A stretch of 27,547 bases of DNA from assembly GCA_903887375.1 (NCBI GenBank), contig CAISPN010000046.1:1-27547 (forward strand), read 5' to 3'. Positions 1 through 9,580 of this stretch are shown here, one piece after another. The notes below the pieces were generated by a model. That model saw only the letters and a list, made by a program, of their open reading frames with translations. It did not search any database and had not been told where the DNA came from. The position numbers and the translations under genes are program-made. The stretch is from an uncultured cyanobacterium (GTDB taxonomy: Bacteria; Cyanobacteriota; Cyanobacteriia; Cyanobacteriales; Microcystaceae). The number at the start of each line of letters is the position of its first letter. Position 1 is the stretch's first letter.

Positions 1-186
1 CACGATTACAGCGATTTGATTAATGGTTTGTATTCCTGCAAATAAAGCTACGTTTGCTGCTTCCTGAGTAATAGAGGTAATTTTAAAAACTCTTGTGTAG
101 TCGAATAAACCACCAACAACAGATTTAACTTCTAGATCAGAAAGAGTGGAAACAACGTTTAGGTCGTTAATAGCGATAGTTGACAT
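1..186 (-). CDS. Small secreted-peptide precursor with a double-glycine (GG) leader, bacteriocin-like. It is 5' complete and runs off the left edge of the window.
   Basis: My reverse-complement translation is MSTIAINDLNVVSTLSDLEVKSVVGG|LFDYTRVFKITSITQEAANVALFAGIQTINQIAVIV, 62 codons with no stop before the edge. The segment LSDLEVKSVVGG fits the LSxxELxxIxGG leader consensus of C39-peptidase/ABC-exported peptides. An AAGGAG Shine-Dalgarno lies 10 nt upstream of the ATG at 186..184. The gene is missing from the ORF track because it has no stop in the window. Confidence 0.6.
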   Translation of the reverse strand, partial: MSTIAINDLNVVSTLSDLEVKSVVGGLFDYTRVFKITSITQEAANVALFAGIQTINQIAVIV

Positions 187-196
187 GATAAGGTAA

Positions 197-202
197 CTCC
201 TT
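197..202 (-). promoter_or_regulatory. Shine-Dalgarno (AAGGAG) for the GG-leader peptide gene
   Basis: The plus-strand sequence ctcctt at 197..202 is AAGGAG on the minus strand, 10 nt upstream of the ATG at 186..184. Strong SD sequences are otherwise rare in this window. Confidence 0.5.
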
Positions 203-495
203 AATTTGTTTTTTATTCAACATCTTCATAGTAACCATCAGTTTTTCAATTGACCATAGATTTATTTCTAAGTTAAGACAATAAAAAGATAATATATCCG
301 ACAAAAATATAGAGTTTTTAAGGAATATTTATCTAGATAACATATTCTAGCAAAAGCACTATTAATCATAACTATCAGGAGTTTAATAGGCTATTTCATC
401 TAAGATTCTTAGTAAAAATTTATTCTCAAAACCCTATCAATCAATTGATAATATGTTGTATATTGTCACATAGTAGTCAAAATACTTAACTTGTT

Positions 496-2151
496 ATGCT
501 AAAAACGTTTGGATCATCGTTAGTTTTGGGCTTGTTTGTTGGCCTTAGCACTCTTCTTCCAGCAAAAGCGGCTGAAAACCTTGTTTTTACCTATGGATCA
601 TTGAAATTAAATCTGCCAGTTGCCTCACTCAAGACCTTTGCTGAAACCGGTAAAGTAGACGATAAACTAGCGCCCTATGCCAATATGATAGGTTCTAAGG
701 ATCTTGAAGAATTTAGAAACCTCCTCACCAAGAAGATACCTATAGATCCTGTTAGAACTTCCCGTTTTCTCAATAGTGCTATGGGAGAACAGTTTCTTTA
801 TCGTATGGGTAAAGCAGTAACTATAGAAGGGAACATCAATGGTAAATATGCCTTAAGAGGCGCTATAGTTCAATCAGCCTTCCAGCCTGGAGGATTCACC
901 CTACTAGGTTTTCTAGAAAAATACCCTACCAATTTGGAATTTCCTGGTGAATTTATATTGTCACTCTCTCAGCGCCTATCAAATGCGATTGGGGGAACTG
1001 AATTATTTGTTGCCAAAATGCGCCAGTGGACAATTGAAGAAGCTAAAACCAATATAATACCGATAGATTTTACCAAATCAGGAGATCTTGAGCGCTCTGG
1101 TAAATTTGAAGTTAAAGAAGAAACATGGCACTTAGAAGATACTAAGCGCAATCGCAAATTTTATGTTTTAGTTTTCAGACCCACTACATATCGTCAAGGA
1201 TCTACGCCAGTTGTACTTGTTTCTCATGGCTTGGCTTCTAGACCAGAAGACTTTGCTAACAGGGCAAAACATTTAGCTACCTATGGTTTTGTTGTAGCTT
1301 TACCTCAACATCCCGGCAGCGATCTTCAGTACTTAGAAGATATGTTTGCGGGATTACATCGCAATATTTTTGATGTCGATGAATTCATCAATCGACCTTT
1401 GGACATTAGCTTTCTCATTGATGAACTAGAGCGTCGCAATCAAAGCCAGTTTGAGGGAAAACTAAATCTCAAAAAAGTTGGTGTTGTGGGCCATTCTTTT
1501 GGTGGATATACAGCCCTTTCAGTAGTAGGAGCCAAAATAAATTTTGATTATTTAGATCATGAATGCAATAAAAGTCAATATGCCTTTTTAAATACTGCCT
1601 TAATCTTGCAATGTCGAGCGCTGGAACTACCTCATAAGGATTACAATTTTCGAGATGAACGAGTAGTTGCTGTTATGGCCGTTAATCCTGTCAATCGTGC
1701 TATGTTTGGCAAAGAGGGAATTGCCAAAATTAATGTACCGGTGCTCTTGGGCTCAGGTAGTTACGATCCTGCTACTCCCCCAATATTTGAACAGATTAGT
1801 TCATTTGTTGCCCTCAATAGTCCTAACAAGTACTTGCTCTTAGCAGAAGGCCAAGCGCATGTAGATTTTTCAGTACTAGATGGTGGTATAACCTCTTCAG
1901 TTCAATCAATTGGCGATATTGAATTGCCCAATCCCAATAAGCTACATGTCTACTTTGATAGTATGGTACTTGCTTTTACCGAAGTACATGTTGCCCAAAA
2001 TGCAGACTATCTCCCTTACCTTACATCTGCCTATGCCTTATATCTCAGTAAAGGAAATAACTTCAAGCTAAGTTTCATTGACGAGAAATTTAGTCCCATA
2101 GTAGAACAAGAAGTCAGAAACTTTCTGCAAAAACATAATATTAGAGACTAG
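496..2151 (+). CDS. Secreted alpha/beta hydrolase with a DUF1400-type N-terminal domain and a PAF-acetylhydrolase/dienelactone-hydrolase-like C-terminal domain
   Basis: It has a Sec-type signal peptide (MLKTFGSSLVLGLFVGLSTLLPAKA|AE). The N-terminal region resembles cyanobacterial DUF1400 (LVFTYGSLKLNLPV...FLNSAMGEQFLYRMG). The nucleophile elbow GHSFGG (GxSxG) and a VLVSHGL oxyanion-region motif are present. The ORF is 551 aa with an ATG start. Confidence 0.85.
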   Translation: MLKTFGSSLVLGLFVGLSTLLPAKAAENLVFTYGSLKLNLPVASLKTFAETGKVDDKLAPYANMIGSKDLEEFRNLLTKKIPIDPVRTSRFLNSAMGEQFLYRMGKAVTIEGNINGKYALRGAIVQSAFQPGGFTLLGFLEKYPTNLEFPGEFILSLSQRLSNAIGGTELFVAKMRQWTIEEAKTNIIPIDFTKSGDLERSGKFEVKEETWHLEDTKRNRKFYVLVFRPTTYRQGSTPVVLVSHGLASRPEDFANRAKHLATYGFVVALPQHPGSDLQYLEDMFAGLHRNIFDVDEFINRPLDISFLIDELERRNQSQFEGKLNLKKVGVVGHSFGGYTALSVVGAKINFDYLDHECNKSQYAFLNTALILQCRALELPHKDYNFRDERVVAVMAVNPVNRAMFGKEGIAKINVPVLLGSGSYDPATPPIFEQISSFVALNSPNKYLLLAEGQAHVDFSVLDGGITSSVQSIGDIELPNPNKLHVYFDSMVLAFTEVHVAQNADYLPYLTSAYALYLSKGNNFKLSFIDEKFSPIVEQEVRNFLQKHNIRD

Positions 2152-2167
2152 TAGCTCAAAAGGATGA

Positions 2168-5100
2168 TTAAAGTTTTTCCCGTAATTCTTCTAGATAAGT
2201 ATAGAAAACTGGGGTCAAATAAAGAGTAAGAATCTGAGAAAACAAAAGACCACCAACAACAGCAATACCCAGAGGTTTGCGAATTTCTGAACCAGAGCCA
2301 GCTCCTAAAGCAATAGGCAAGGTGCCAATTAAAGCTGCCATAGTCGTCATCATAATCGGACGAAAACGCACTATAGCCGCTTCAAAAATGGCATCAAACG
2401 AATTTTTAGCATGCCGGCGCTGGGCTTCAATGGCAAAATCTACCAACATGATTCCATTTTTTTTAACAATACCTACTAATAAGATCATGCCTATAAAAGA
2501 ATAGAGATTTAGCTCAACACCAAAAACCAACAAAGTCAACAGCGCGCCAAAACCAGCTGATGGTAAACCAGAAAGAATAGTCAAAGGGTGAATAAAATCT
2601 TCATAGAGAATACCCAAAATAAGATAAATCACCAGAATAGAAACTAGCAAAAGCAAGCCCAAATCCTGAAATGACTGCTGAAAAATCTGAGCCTGTCCTT
2701 GAAAACTGGTAACTATATTTTGAGGTAGTATCTCTTTAGTGATTTGGTCAATTGCTTCGGTTGCCTGGGAAAGTGATGTGCCTATTTCAGTATCAAAAGA
2801 TATAGTAGCTGCGGGAAGTTGTCCTAGATGATTGACAGTCAGTGGACCTACATTTTCTGTAATTTTGGCAATAGTACTCAAGGGTACAGCTTGCCCTTTA
2901 TTAGAGGTTAAGTAAATCATAGACAAGGCACCAGGATCCCTTTGAAATTCAGGCAGCACTTCTAAAATTACATAGTATTGATCTTTAGGAGTGTAGAGAG
3001 TAGAGATTTGACTAGAACCATAGGCATTACCTAGTGTTTTTTGAACCTGAGCAGCAGTGATACCCATAGTAAATGCTTTTGCTTGATCTACTTGAACTTG
3101 TATCTGGGGAGTTCCCAATTGTAGATCACTATCTACCCCACGCAAGCCGGGTATTTCCTTAATCCGTTCTAATAAAGGAGGAATATAGCGCTTTAGATCT
3201 TCAAAGTTAGGGCTTTGCAAGGTGAACTGATAAGGAGAATTAGTCTGTTGACCACCAATGGCAATTGAAGGTGGAATACGCAAAAAAGTAGAAATGCCAG
3301 TCACACGGCGCAATTTAGGATTGAGTTTATGAATAATCTCTTCAGCAGAACTTTTTCTTTTTGAGCGTGGTTTGAGCCTTATATTGATCCTGCCGGTATT
3401 AACTGAAGGATTGGGTCCTGCCGCACCGACAGTTGAGTTGATCAAAGTTATATTAGGGTCTTTGCGTAAGATATTGACAACTTTTTGTTGATGGAGCAAC
3501 ATATCTTCAAAGGAAATATCTTGAGCTGCTTTAGTATTGGCTATGATTAAACCTGTTTCTTCATTGGGGATAAAACCCTTAGGCACTACTGTAAATAAGT
3601 AAATAGTAAATAATAGTATTACTAAAGAAAAAACCAAAGTGACCAAGCGGTACTCCAAAACTACGCTCAAGCTTCTTCGGTAGCCATCTAGTAAAATAGC
3701 AAAAAACTTTTCTGAGATTTGCAGCCACTTACTTTGACTGTGCTGATTTACAGACTTGAGAAAGCGACTACAGAGCATTGGGGTCAAACTGAGAGAGACA
3801 AAACCAGAGATTAAAATAGCAATACTGATAGTGATTGCAAACTCATGAAACAATCTACCAACCAAACCTCCCATAAAGATGATCGGGATAAAGACAGCAA
3901 CTAGTGAAAGTGTCATAGAGACTATAGTAAAACCCACTTCTTGGGAACCTTTCAAGGACGAAGCTAAAGGTGATTGCCCCATTTCCCTATAACGAACTAT
4001 ATTTTCTAGTACTACTATGGCGTCATCAACGACAAAACCCACCGAAAGAGTCAAAGCCAACAGCGAAAGGTTATTTAGCGAAAAACCCAATAAATACATT
4101 GCCGCAAAAGTCCCAATGATAGCCACTGGCAAAGCTAAGCTAGGAATAATGGTAGCTCTAAGATCTCCTAAAAAAGCAAAGATCACAATGATCACCAGAA
4201 CTATCGAAAGAATCAGGGTGAATTTGACATCATTGATCGAAGCGCGCACTGATAATGAGCGATCATAAAAAATTCCCATCTCAATTGATTGAGGGATCAG
4301 GGCTTTTAGTGAAGGCAACATTGTTTTGATTACATCGACAATTTGTACTGTATTGGCGCCAGGTTGAGGTTGTACTGCCAGCATTATGGCCGGGTGATTT
4401 GTTACTTTTTGATCACTAAAGCGATTAGAGACTTTGTTATTTTGGATGCTATCGAGAACTTGTCCTAGATCTTCAAGCCGGACAACTTGACCATTCTTAT
4501 AGCTGACAATCAGCCTGCTATAATCAGATGCGTTATTTAGCTGACCATCAGCTTGAACCAGAAGGCTTTTTTGCGCTCCTGAGACCATCCCATTGGGTAA
4601 ATAGACACTACCTTGCTCTATGGTTGTAGCAATTTGGTCTAAGCCAATTTCTCTAGAAGCCAATTCTCTAGGATCTAATTGAATCCTGATAGCATATTGT
4701 TTTTGCCCGTAAACCATCACCTGAGCCACCCCATCGACCATAGATAAAGGTTGGGCGATTGTTATTTCTGCATTCTGATCGACTGTCTGGATAGGTAAGG
4801 TATCTGAATAGAGATAGAGATAGAGAATAGGTACAACAGAAGGATTTACCTTGCGATAACTTGGCGGTTTAGGTAAACCACTTGGCAATTGACCGGCTGA
4901 GGCCGAAATTGCCGCTTGCACATCTTTAGCAGCTCCTGCAATATTACGCGAGAAATCAAATTGCAAAGATATACTAGTGCTACCAGTAGAGCTGGTAGAG
5001 TTAAAGGAATTAAGTCCGGCAATTTCGCTAAAGTGTCGCTCTAGAGGGGCTGCCACAGAAGAAGCCATCGTTTCAGGTGTAGCACCAGGCAAATTAGCAC

Positions 5101-5242
5101 TGACATTGATAAAAGGATAGTCGACATTGGGCAGAGAGCTAATCGGCAGTTTGAAATAACTCATCACCCCAAAGATCAAAATAGCCAACATCACTAAAGT
5201 AGTCATCACCGGCCTACGGATAAAGATCTCAGCAAAGTTCAT
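2168..5242 (-). CDS. RND efflux permease (HAE1, AcrB/MdtB/MdtC family), copy 2
   Basis: The ORF is 1024 aa with the N-terminus MNFAEIFIRRPVMTTL. It carries the TM4 proton-relay motif GFVVDDAIVVLEN and the TM10 motif LLVGIVKKNGIMLVDFA. Its ATG overlaps the MFS stop as ATGA (5239..5242). Confidence 0.95.
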   Translation of the reverse strand: MNFAEIFIRRPVMTTLVMLAILIFGVMSYFKLPISSLPNVDYPFINVSANLPGATPETMASSVAAPLERHFSEIAGLNSFNSTSSTGSTSISLQFDFSRNIAGAAKDVQAAISASAGQLPSGLPKPPSYRKVNPSVVPILYLYLYSDTLPIQTVDQNAEITIAQPLSMVDGVAQVMVYGQKQYAIRIQLDPRELASREIGLDQIATTIEQGSVYLPNGMVSGAQKSLLVQADGQLNNASDYSRLIVSYKNGQVVRLEDLGQVLDSIQNNKVSNRFSDQKVTNHPAIMLAVQPQPGANTVQIVDVIKTMLPSLKALIPQSIEMGIFYDRSLSVRASINDVKFTLILSIVLVIIVIFAFLGDLRATIIPSLALPVAIIGTFAAMYLLGFSLNNLSLLALTLSVGFVVDDAIVVLENIVRYREMGQSPLASSLKGSQEVGFTIVSMTLSLVAVFIPIIFMGGLVGRLFHEFAITISIAILISGFVSLSLTPMLCSRFLKSVNQHSQSKWLQISEKFFAILLDGYRRSLSVVLEYRLVTLVFSLVILLFTIYLFTVVPKGFIPNEETGLIIANTKAAQDISFEDMLLHQQKVVNILRKDPNITLINSTVGAAGPNPSVNTGRINIRLKPRSKRKSSAEEIIHKLNPKLRRVTGISTFLRIPPSIAIGGQQTNSPYQFTLQSPNFEDLKRYIPPLLERIKEIPGLRGVDSDLQLGTPQIQVQVDQAKAFTMGITAAQVQKTLGNAYGSSQISTLYTPKDQYYVILEVLPEFQRDPGALSMIYLTSNKGQAVPLSTIAKITENVGPLTVNHLGQLPAATISFDTEIGTSLSQATEAIDQITKEILPQNIVTSFQGQAQIFQQSFQDLGLLLLVSILVIYLILGILYEDFIHPLTILSGLPSAGFGALLTLLVFGVELNLYSFIGMILLVGIVKKNGIMLVDFAIEAQRRHAKNSFDAIFEAAIVRFRPIMMTTMAALIGTLPIALGAGSGSEIRKPLGIAVVGGLLFSQILTLYLTPVFYTYLEELREKL

Positions 5243-6462
5243 ATCTGAGTACCACTTATTCTAAAGTTTTTTAACTTTCTGGCAAAGAGTATTGCTGCTA
5301 GCAGGCAAAAGACCCCATTGAAAATCAAAGTCACCTGAACGCCAACATAACGAGCTAAAACCCCATCGAGCAAACAGCCAAAAGGACTAACTCCTAAAAC
5401 CGCAGTTGTATAAAGACTCAATACTCTTCCACGCTTGTCATCTTCGACCAAAATTTGAATGAGCGTATTACTGGCAATCATTTGCAAGATTGAACCAAAG
5501 CCAACTAAAAAAAGCGTAGCAAAAGAGAGCCAAAATACCCTGGTAAAAGCCAAAAGCATCAAACCGGATCCTGAAATAAAAAGAGAAAAAGAAATCACAT
5601 TTTCCAAACCAATAATACTTTTGCGCGAAATCATATAGATCCCACCAATTAGTGAACCAATACCCGAGCTGGCCAGTAAAAAACCAAGAGTATGAGCATC
5701 ACCCTTGAGAATCTCAATTGCAAATATTGGCATCAAGGAAGAATAGGGCATGATCATCAAACTAAAGACTATGATCAACAGCAAAACCGATCTGATTGGC
5801 AAAAAACTAAAAGCGTAGTCAAAGCCCTCTTTAATACTTTGCAATGGATTTAATTTAATACTGATTAGCTTGGGTTTTATTGGGAAGCGCATCAGTAACA
5901 ATCCGCCAATTACCGCTAGATAGCTAAAACCATCAATTACAAAACAATAGCCAGCTCCCAGCTGAGCAATTAAAATTCCACCGGTAGCAGGTCCAATCAA
6001 CCTTGCACAGTTAATTAAAGAGGAGTTAAGCCCAATAGCGCTGATTAGATCATCTGGGCTCTCTATCATATCCTTGACAAAAGTCTGCCTAGTAGGAGCA
6101 TCAATGGCATTGATCAATCCTTGGCAAAAGCTCAAAGTTATGATTGCAGAGATATTAATCTTACCTGATAGGCTCAATATGGCTAAAGCAAAAGATTGCA
6201 ACATTGCCAAAATCTGGGTGATAATCAACAGGCGATGACGATTACTGCGCTCTGCAATCAAACCCCCAAAAGGCCCAAATAGAAAATTGGGAATCTGGGA
6301 AATAAAGCCAACAAACCCAAGCATCAAAGCTGAACCTGTCAATTGGTAAACTAGCCAGACTGTCGCTAACTGAGTAATCCAAGTGCCAATCAAAGAAATG
6401 CCCTGGCCAAAAAAGAACAGTTGATAATTGCGAGAGCGCAAAGCCGCAGGCACTAGAGTCAT
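5239..6462 (-). CDS. MFS transporter, MFS_3 (transmembrane secretion effector, EntS-like) family
   Basis: It is a polytopic membrane protein whose N-terminus (MTLVPAALRSRNYQLFFFGQGISLIGTWITQLA) is typical of the EntS/MFS_3 family. The track ORF begins at a GTG at 6492, which overlaps the upstream RND gene by 17 nt. I prefer the ATG at 6462, 13 nt after the RND stop. Confidence 0.8.
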   Translation of the reverse strand: MTLVPAALRSRNYQLFFFGQGISLIGTWITQLATVWLVYQLTGSALMLGFVGFISQIPNFLFGPFGGLIAERSNRHRLLIITQILAMLQSFALAILSLSGKINISAIITLSFCQGLINAIDAPTRQTFVKDMIESPDDLISAIGLNSSLINCARLIGPATGGILIAQLGAGYCFVIDGFSYLAVIGGLLLMRFPIKPKLISIKLNPLQSIKEGFDYAFSFLPIRSVLLLIIVFSLMIMPYSSLMPIFAIEILKGDAHTLGFLLASSGIGSLIGGIYMISRKSIIGLENVISFSLFISGSGLMLLAFTRVFWLSFATLFLVGFGSILQMIASNTLIQILVEDDKRGRVLSLYTTAVLGVSPFGCLLDGVLARYVGVQVTLIFNGVFCLLAAILFARKLKNFRISGTQI

Positions 6463-6475
6463 AATGCAAATAACC

Positions 6476-9400
6476 TTAGCTGATTTCTCCACTAGAAAAG
6501 ATGCGATCTAATTTGAACTGTTTACGAGCACTTTCCATATAGATATAGACCACAGGTGTTAAATAGAGAGTGAGAATCTGCGAAAAAATAAGCCCGCCAA
6601 CTACCGCAATACCCAAAGGCCTTCTGACTTCAGAGCCAGCACCAATTCCTAAAGCAATAGGCATTGCGCCCATCAACGCGGCCATAGTAGTCATCATAAT
6701 TGGGCGAAATCTCACTAAACAAGCTTGATAAATTGCCTCTGATGGCTTGATTGCCTCTGTTCTTTGGGCATCAATGGCAAAATCCACCATCATGATCCCA
6801 TTTTTTTTGACAATACCAACTAACAAAATAATTCCAATAAAAGAATAGACATTCAGCTCAATTCCAAACAACAAAAGAGTTACCAAAGCGCCAAAGCCTG
6901 CAGATGGTAAACCCGACAGAATAGTCAAAGGATGGATAAAATCTTCATAGAGAATTCCTAAAATCAGATAGATTACCAAAATAGCTATTACTAAAAGTAA
7001 TAACAAACTAGGTAGAGAGTTTTCAAAAACCTGGCTGGCTCCTTGAAAACTACTATTGATATCAGAGGGAATAGTTTTTTTGACTATTTTTTCTATCTGC
7101 TGGTTAGCTGTACCTAAAGAAGCTCCAGGAGCTAAATTATAAGAAATCGTGGCAGAACTCATTCTTCCTGCATGATTTATCAGCAAAGGAGTAGTAGTTT
7201 GGGAAATAGTAGTAAAGGTTCTCAGTGGTACTGCTTGACCAGTGCTAGAGATGACATAAAGCGAAAGCAGTGAATTGAGATCTTGTTGATCTTCTGGTTG
7301 TAACTCCAGGATAACCTTGTATTCATTCGCAGCGCCATAAATAGTAGATACTTGATAGGAACCGTAGGCATTTCTAAGAGTAGTTTCAATCTGAGAAGCA
7401 GATATATTGTAACTAGTTGCTTTATCACGATTGATAGTGATTTTGATCTGAGCTGTCATTTCTAGATCACTGTTAACATCTTGCAAAAGTTCTAATTGTC
7501 TCAATTTTTCTTCTAATTGAGGGACGTATTGAGCAAGAGATTTGTTATCGGGTGATTGGAGTCCTAATTGATATAGCCCAGTAGTCTGCTGAGTACCGAT
7601 AGGAAGCGCAGGTGGATTTTGCAAAAATACTTTAATTCCAGTGATATTTGCCAGTTGAGAGCGCAGATCCTGGATGATTTCATCGGCATTTTGATGACGC
7701 TCGGACCTTGGTTTGAGACGAATAAATAGGCTACCTGAATTAGTAGGAACTACTGAAGCAGAACCAGTAGAACTAGTTTGAGCTCCAATGTTGGAATTAA
7801 TAGCTTCTACGTTAGAATTTTGAGCAATTAAATTAGTTACTTGTCTTTGATGAGCTTGCAGTAAATCAAAGGAGGTATCTGCTGCAGCTTGAGTAATAGC
7901 AACGATTTGCCCTCTATCTTCACTGGGAATCAATCCCTTAGGTACTATTATAAATAGCCATATTGTCACTAGAAACATCAAAGCAGAGAGTATCATTATA
8001 GTGCGATGATATTTGAGGGCCTTTTTTAAACTCCAGTCATATAGATTTAGTAAAGAGGCAAAAAAGCGCTCACTCCAGTGATAAACATTAGCTTGTTCTC
8101 TATTTGGGCGCAGAAAACGACTACAGAGCATGGGAGTTAGGCTGAGTGAGACAAAACCTGAGACCAAGATCGATACAGCAATTGTCACAGCAAATTCATG
8201 AAATAGTCTGCCCAATAATTCACCCATAAATAGCATGGGAATAAAGACTGCAACTAGAGAAAGAGTCATTGAAACTATAGTGAAGCTAATTTCTTTAGAA
8301 CCATTGAGCGCAGCTTCTAGAGGTCTTTCGCCCATCTCCAAATGTCGAACAATGTTCTCCAGCATCACTATGGCATCATCGACTACAAAGCCTACCGAAA
8401 GAGTTAAAGCCAGCAAAGAAAGATTATCTAGAGAGTAGTTGAGCTGATACATAATGGCAAAAGTACCGATCAACGAGACAGGCAGTGCCAAACTGGGAAT
8501 CAAGGTCGACTCAAGGTTATTTAAAAAAAGAAAGATCACTAGAACAACTAGTATTACAGTTAAAACTAAAGTGAAAGTTACATCTTTTACCGAATCGCGA
8601 ATTGCCTGCGAAGCATCATAGAGTATCCCGATTTTGATAGAGCCAGGGATCTCCTTTTGCAATTTAGGTAATAGCTTAGTAATCGTATCGACTATCTTGA
8701 CAGTATTGGTCCCAGGCTGGCGCCGAATTGATAGAATAATAGCTCTATCGTTGTTGTACCAACTAGCAACCTTGTCATCTTCTACGCTGTCAACAACTCG
8801 GCCTAATTGTTCAAGATAGACTGGAGAGCCTTTGACATAAGAGACAATCAATTTTCTATAGGCCTGGGCATTTTCTAATTGACCATTGGTTTGTACTGTA
8901 AAATTTTTATGCTCGCCAGAAAGTAAGCCAGTAGGTAAATTGACATTACCTTGGCTGATGGCATTTTGTATCTGTTGTAAGCCTATTTGCTGACTGGCTA
9001 ATTTCTGGGCGTCCATCTGAATTCTGACTGCATACTTGGCAGAGCCATAGATACCAACTTGAGCCACTCCATCTATAGTAGAGAGCTTTTGAGCTAGATA
9101 TGTCTGGGCGTAGCTATCTACCTCGGAAAGTGGCAGCGTTGCCGAGGTCAAATAGAGATAGAGAATTGGCTGATCGCTAGGGTTAACTTTACTATAGCTA
9201 GGTGGATTGGGAAGATCATTGGGAATCAAACCAGAAGCTGCTGCGATAGCCGCTTCTACATCCTGGGCAGCATCATCAATCCCTCTAGTTAAGTTGAATT
9301 GTAAAGTGATCTGGGCTTTTCCCAATGTAGAAGAGGAAGTCAAAAGATCTAATCCGGCTATACTGGAAAATTGTTTTTCTAGTGGTCTGGTTACCGAATT

Positions 9401-9580
9401 AGCCATAGTCTCTGGGCTAGATCCCTCTCTGGCAGCGCTTACCTGGATAGTAGGATAGTCCACATTGGGCAGATCGCTAATTGGCAGAGAATTGTAGCTC
9501 ATCCAACCAAAAATAATAATTGCCGCCGTGACCAAGGTGGTCATAATCGGACGGCGAATGAATATCTCAGAAAGGTTCAT
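6476..9580 (-). CDS. RND efflux permease (HAE1, AcrB/MdtB/MdtC family), copy 1
   Basis: The ORF is 1034 aa with the N-terminus MNLSEIFIRRPIMTTL and the motifs GFVVDDAIVMLEN and LLVGIVKKNGIMMVDFA. By eye it is roughly 55-60 percent identical to copy 2. Its ATG overlaps the MFP stop as ATGA (9577..9580). Confidence 0.95.
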   Translation of the reverse strand: MNLSEIFIRRPIMTTLVTAAIIIFGWMSYNSLPISDLPNVDYPTIQVSAAREGSSPETMANSVTRPLEKQFSSIAGLDLLTSSSTLGKAQITLQFNLTRGIDDAAQDVEAAIAAASGLIPNDLPNPPSYSKVNPSDQPILYLYLTSATLPLSEVDSYAQTYLAQKLSTIDGVAQVGIYGSAKYAVRIQMDAQKLASQQIGLQQIQNAISQGNVNLPTGLLSGEHKNFTVQTNGQLENAQAYRKLIVSYVKGSPVYLEQLGRVVDSVEDDKVASWYNNDRAIILSIRRQPGTNTVKIVDTITKLLPKLQKEIPGSIKIGILYDASQAIRDSVKDVTFTLVLTVILVVLVIFLFLNNLESTLIPSLALPVSLIGTFAIMYQLNYSLDNLSLLALTLSVGFVVDDAIVMLENIVRHLEMGERPLEAALNGSKEISFTIVSMTLSLVAVFIPMLFMGELLGRLFHEFAVTIAVSILVSGFVSLSLTPMLCSRFLRPNREQANVYHWSERFFASLLNLYDWSLKKALKYHRTIMILSALMFLVTIWLFIIVPKGLIPSEDRGQIVAITQAAADTSFDLLQAHQRQVTNLIAQNSNVEAINSNIGAQTSSTGSASVVPTNSGSLFIRLKPRSERHQNADEIIQDLRSQLANITGIKVFLQNPPALPIGTQQTTGLYQLGLQSPDNKSLAQYVPQLEEKLRQLELLQDVNSDLEMTAQIKITINRDKATSYNISASQIETTLRNAYGSYQVSTIYGAANEYKVILELQPEDQQDLNSLLSLYVISSTGQAVPLRTFTTISQTTTPLLINHAGRMSSATISYNLAPGASLGTANQQIEKIVKKTIPSDINSSFQGASQVFENSLPSLLLLLVIAILVIYLILGILYEDFIHPLTILSGLPSAGFGALVTLLLFGIELNVYSFIGIILLVGIVKKNGIMMVDFAIDAQRTEAIKPSEAIYQACLVRFRPIMMTTMAALMGAMPIALGIGAGSEVRRPLGIAVVGGLIFSQILTLYLTPVVYIYMESARKQFKLDRIFSSGEIS

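Noticed and set aside
969-1157. Short antisense or alternative-frame ORFs from the track include 969..1157, 2277..2504, 6242..6469, 7222..7428, 8634..8819, 9207..9458, 10486..10821, 10844..11101, 11080..11328, 12990..13220, 14199..14435, 15375..15578, 15969..16199, 18313..18549, 18673..18855, 21205..21414, 22246..22479, 22606..22839, 22628..22942, 22843..23064 and 24270..24518.
   Set aside because: All are fully embedded in long ORFs with clear family identity. They have low-complexity or unrecognisable translations, as expected for shadow ORFs in AT-rich coding DNA.
2152-2167. I looked for a bidirectional terminator between the convergent hydrolase and RND copy 2 genes.
   Set aside because: The gap is only 16 nt with no stem-loop. 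The nearest palindrome (CAGAAAcTTTCTG, inside the hydrolase 3' end) has a 1-nt loop and cannot fold as a terminator.
4017-4268. A plus-strand ORF inside RND copy 2 shares the peptide MASSTTKPTERVKA with a similar plus-strand ORF inside RND copy 1 (8235..8438). At first sight this looks like a conserved antisense gene.
   Set aside because: Both lie exactly opposite the highly conserved GFVVDDAIV-encoding region of the two paralogous RND genes. The similarity is therefore a shadow of sense-strand conservation, and there is no independent start context or family resemblance.
6463-6492. A GTG start for the MFS gene would give a 17-nt overlap with RND copy 1.
   Set aside because: The ATG at 6462 gives an N-terminus typical of MFS_3 proteins. 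The upstream 10 residues (MEKSAKVICI) look non-conserved. I cannot exclude the GTG start without conservation data.
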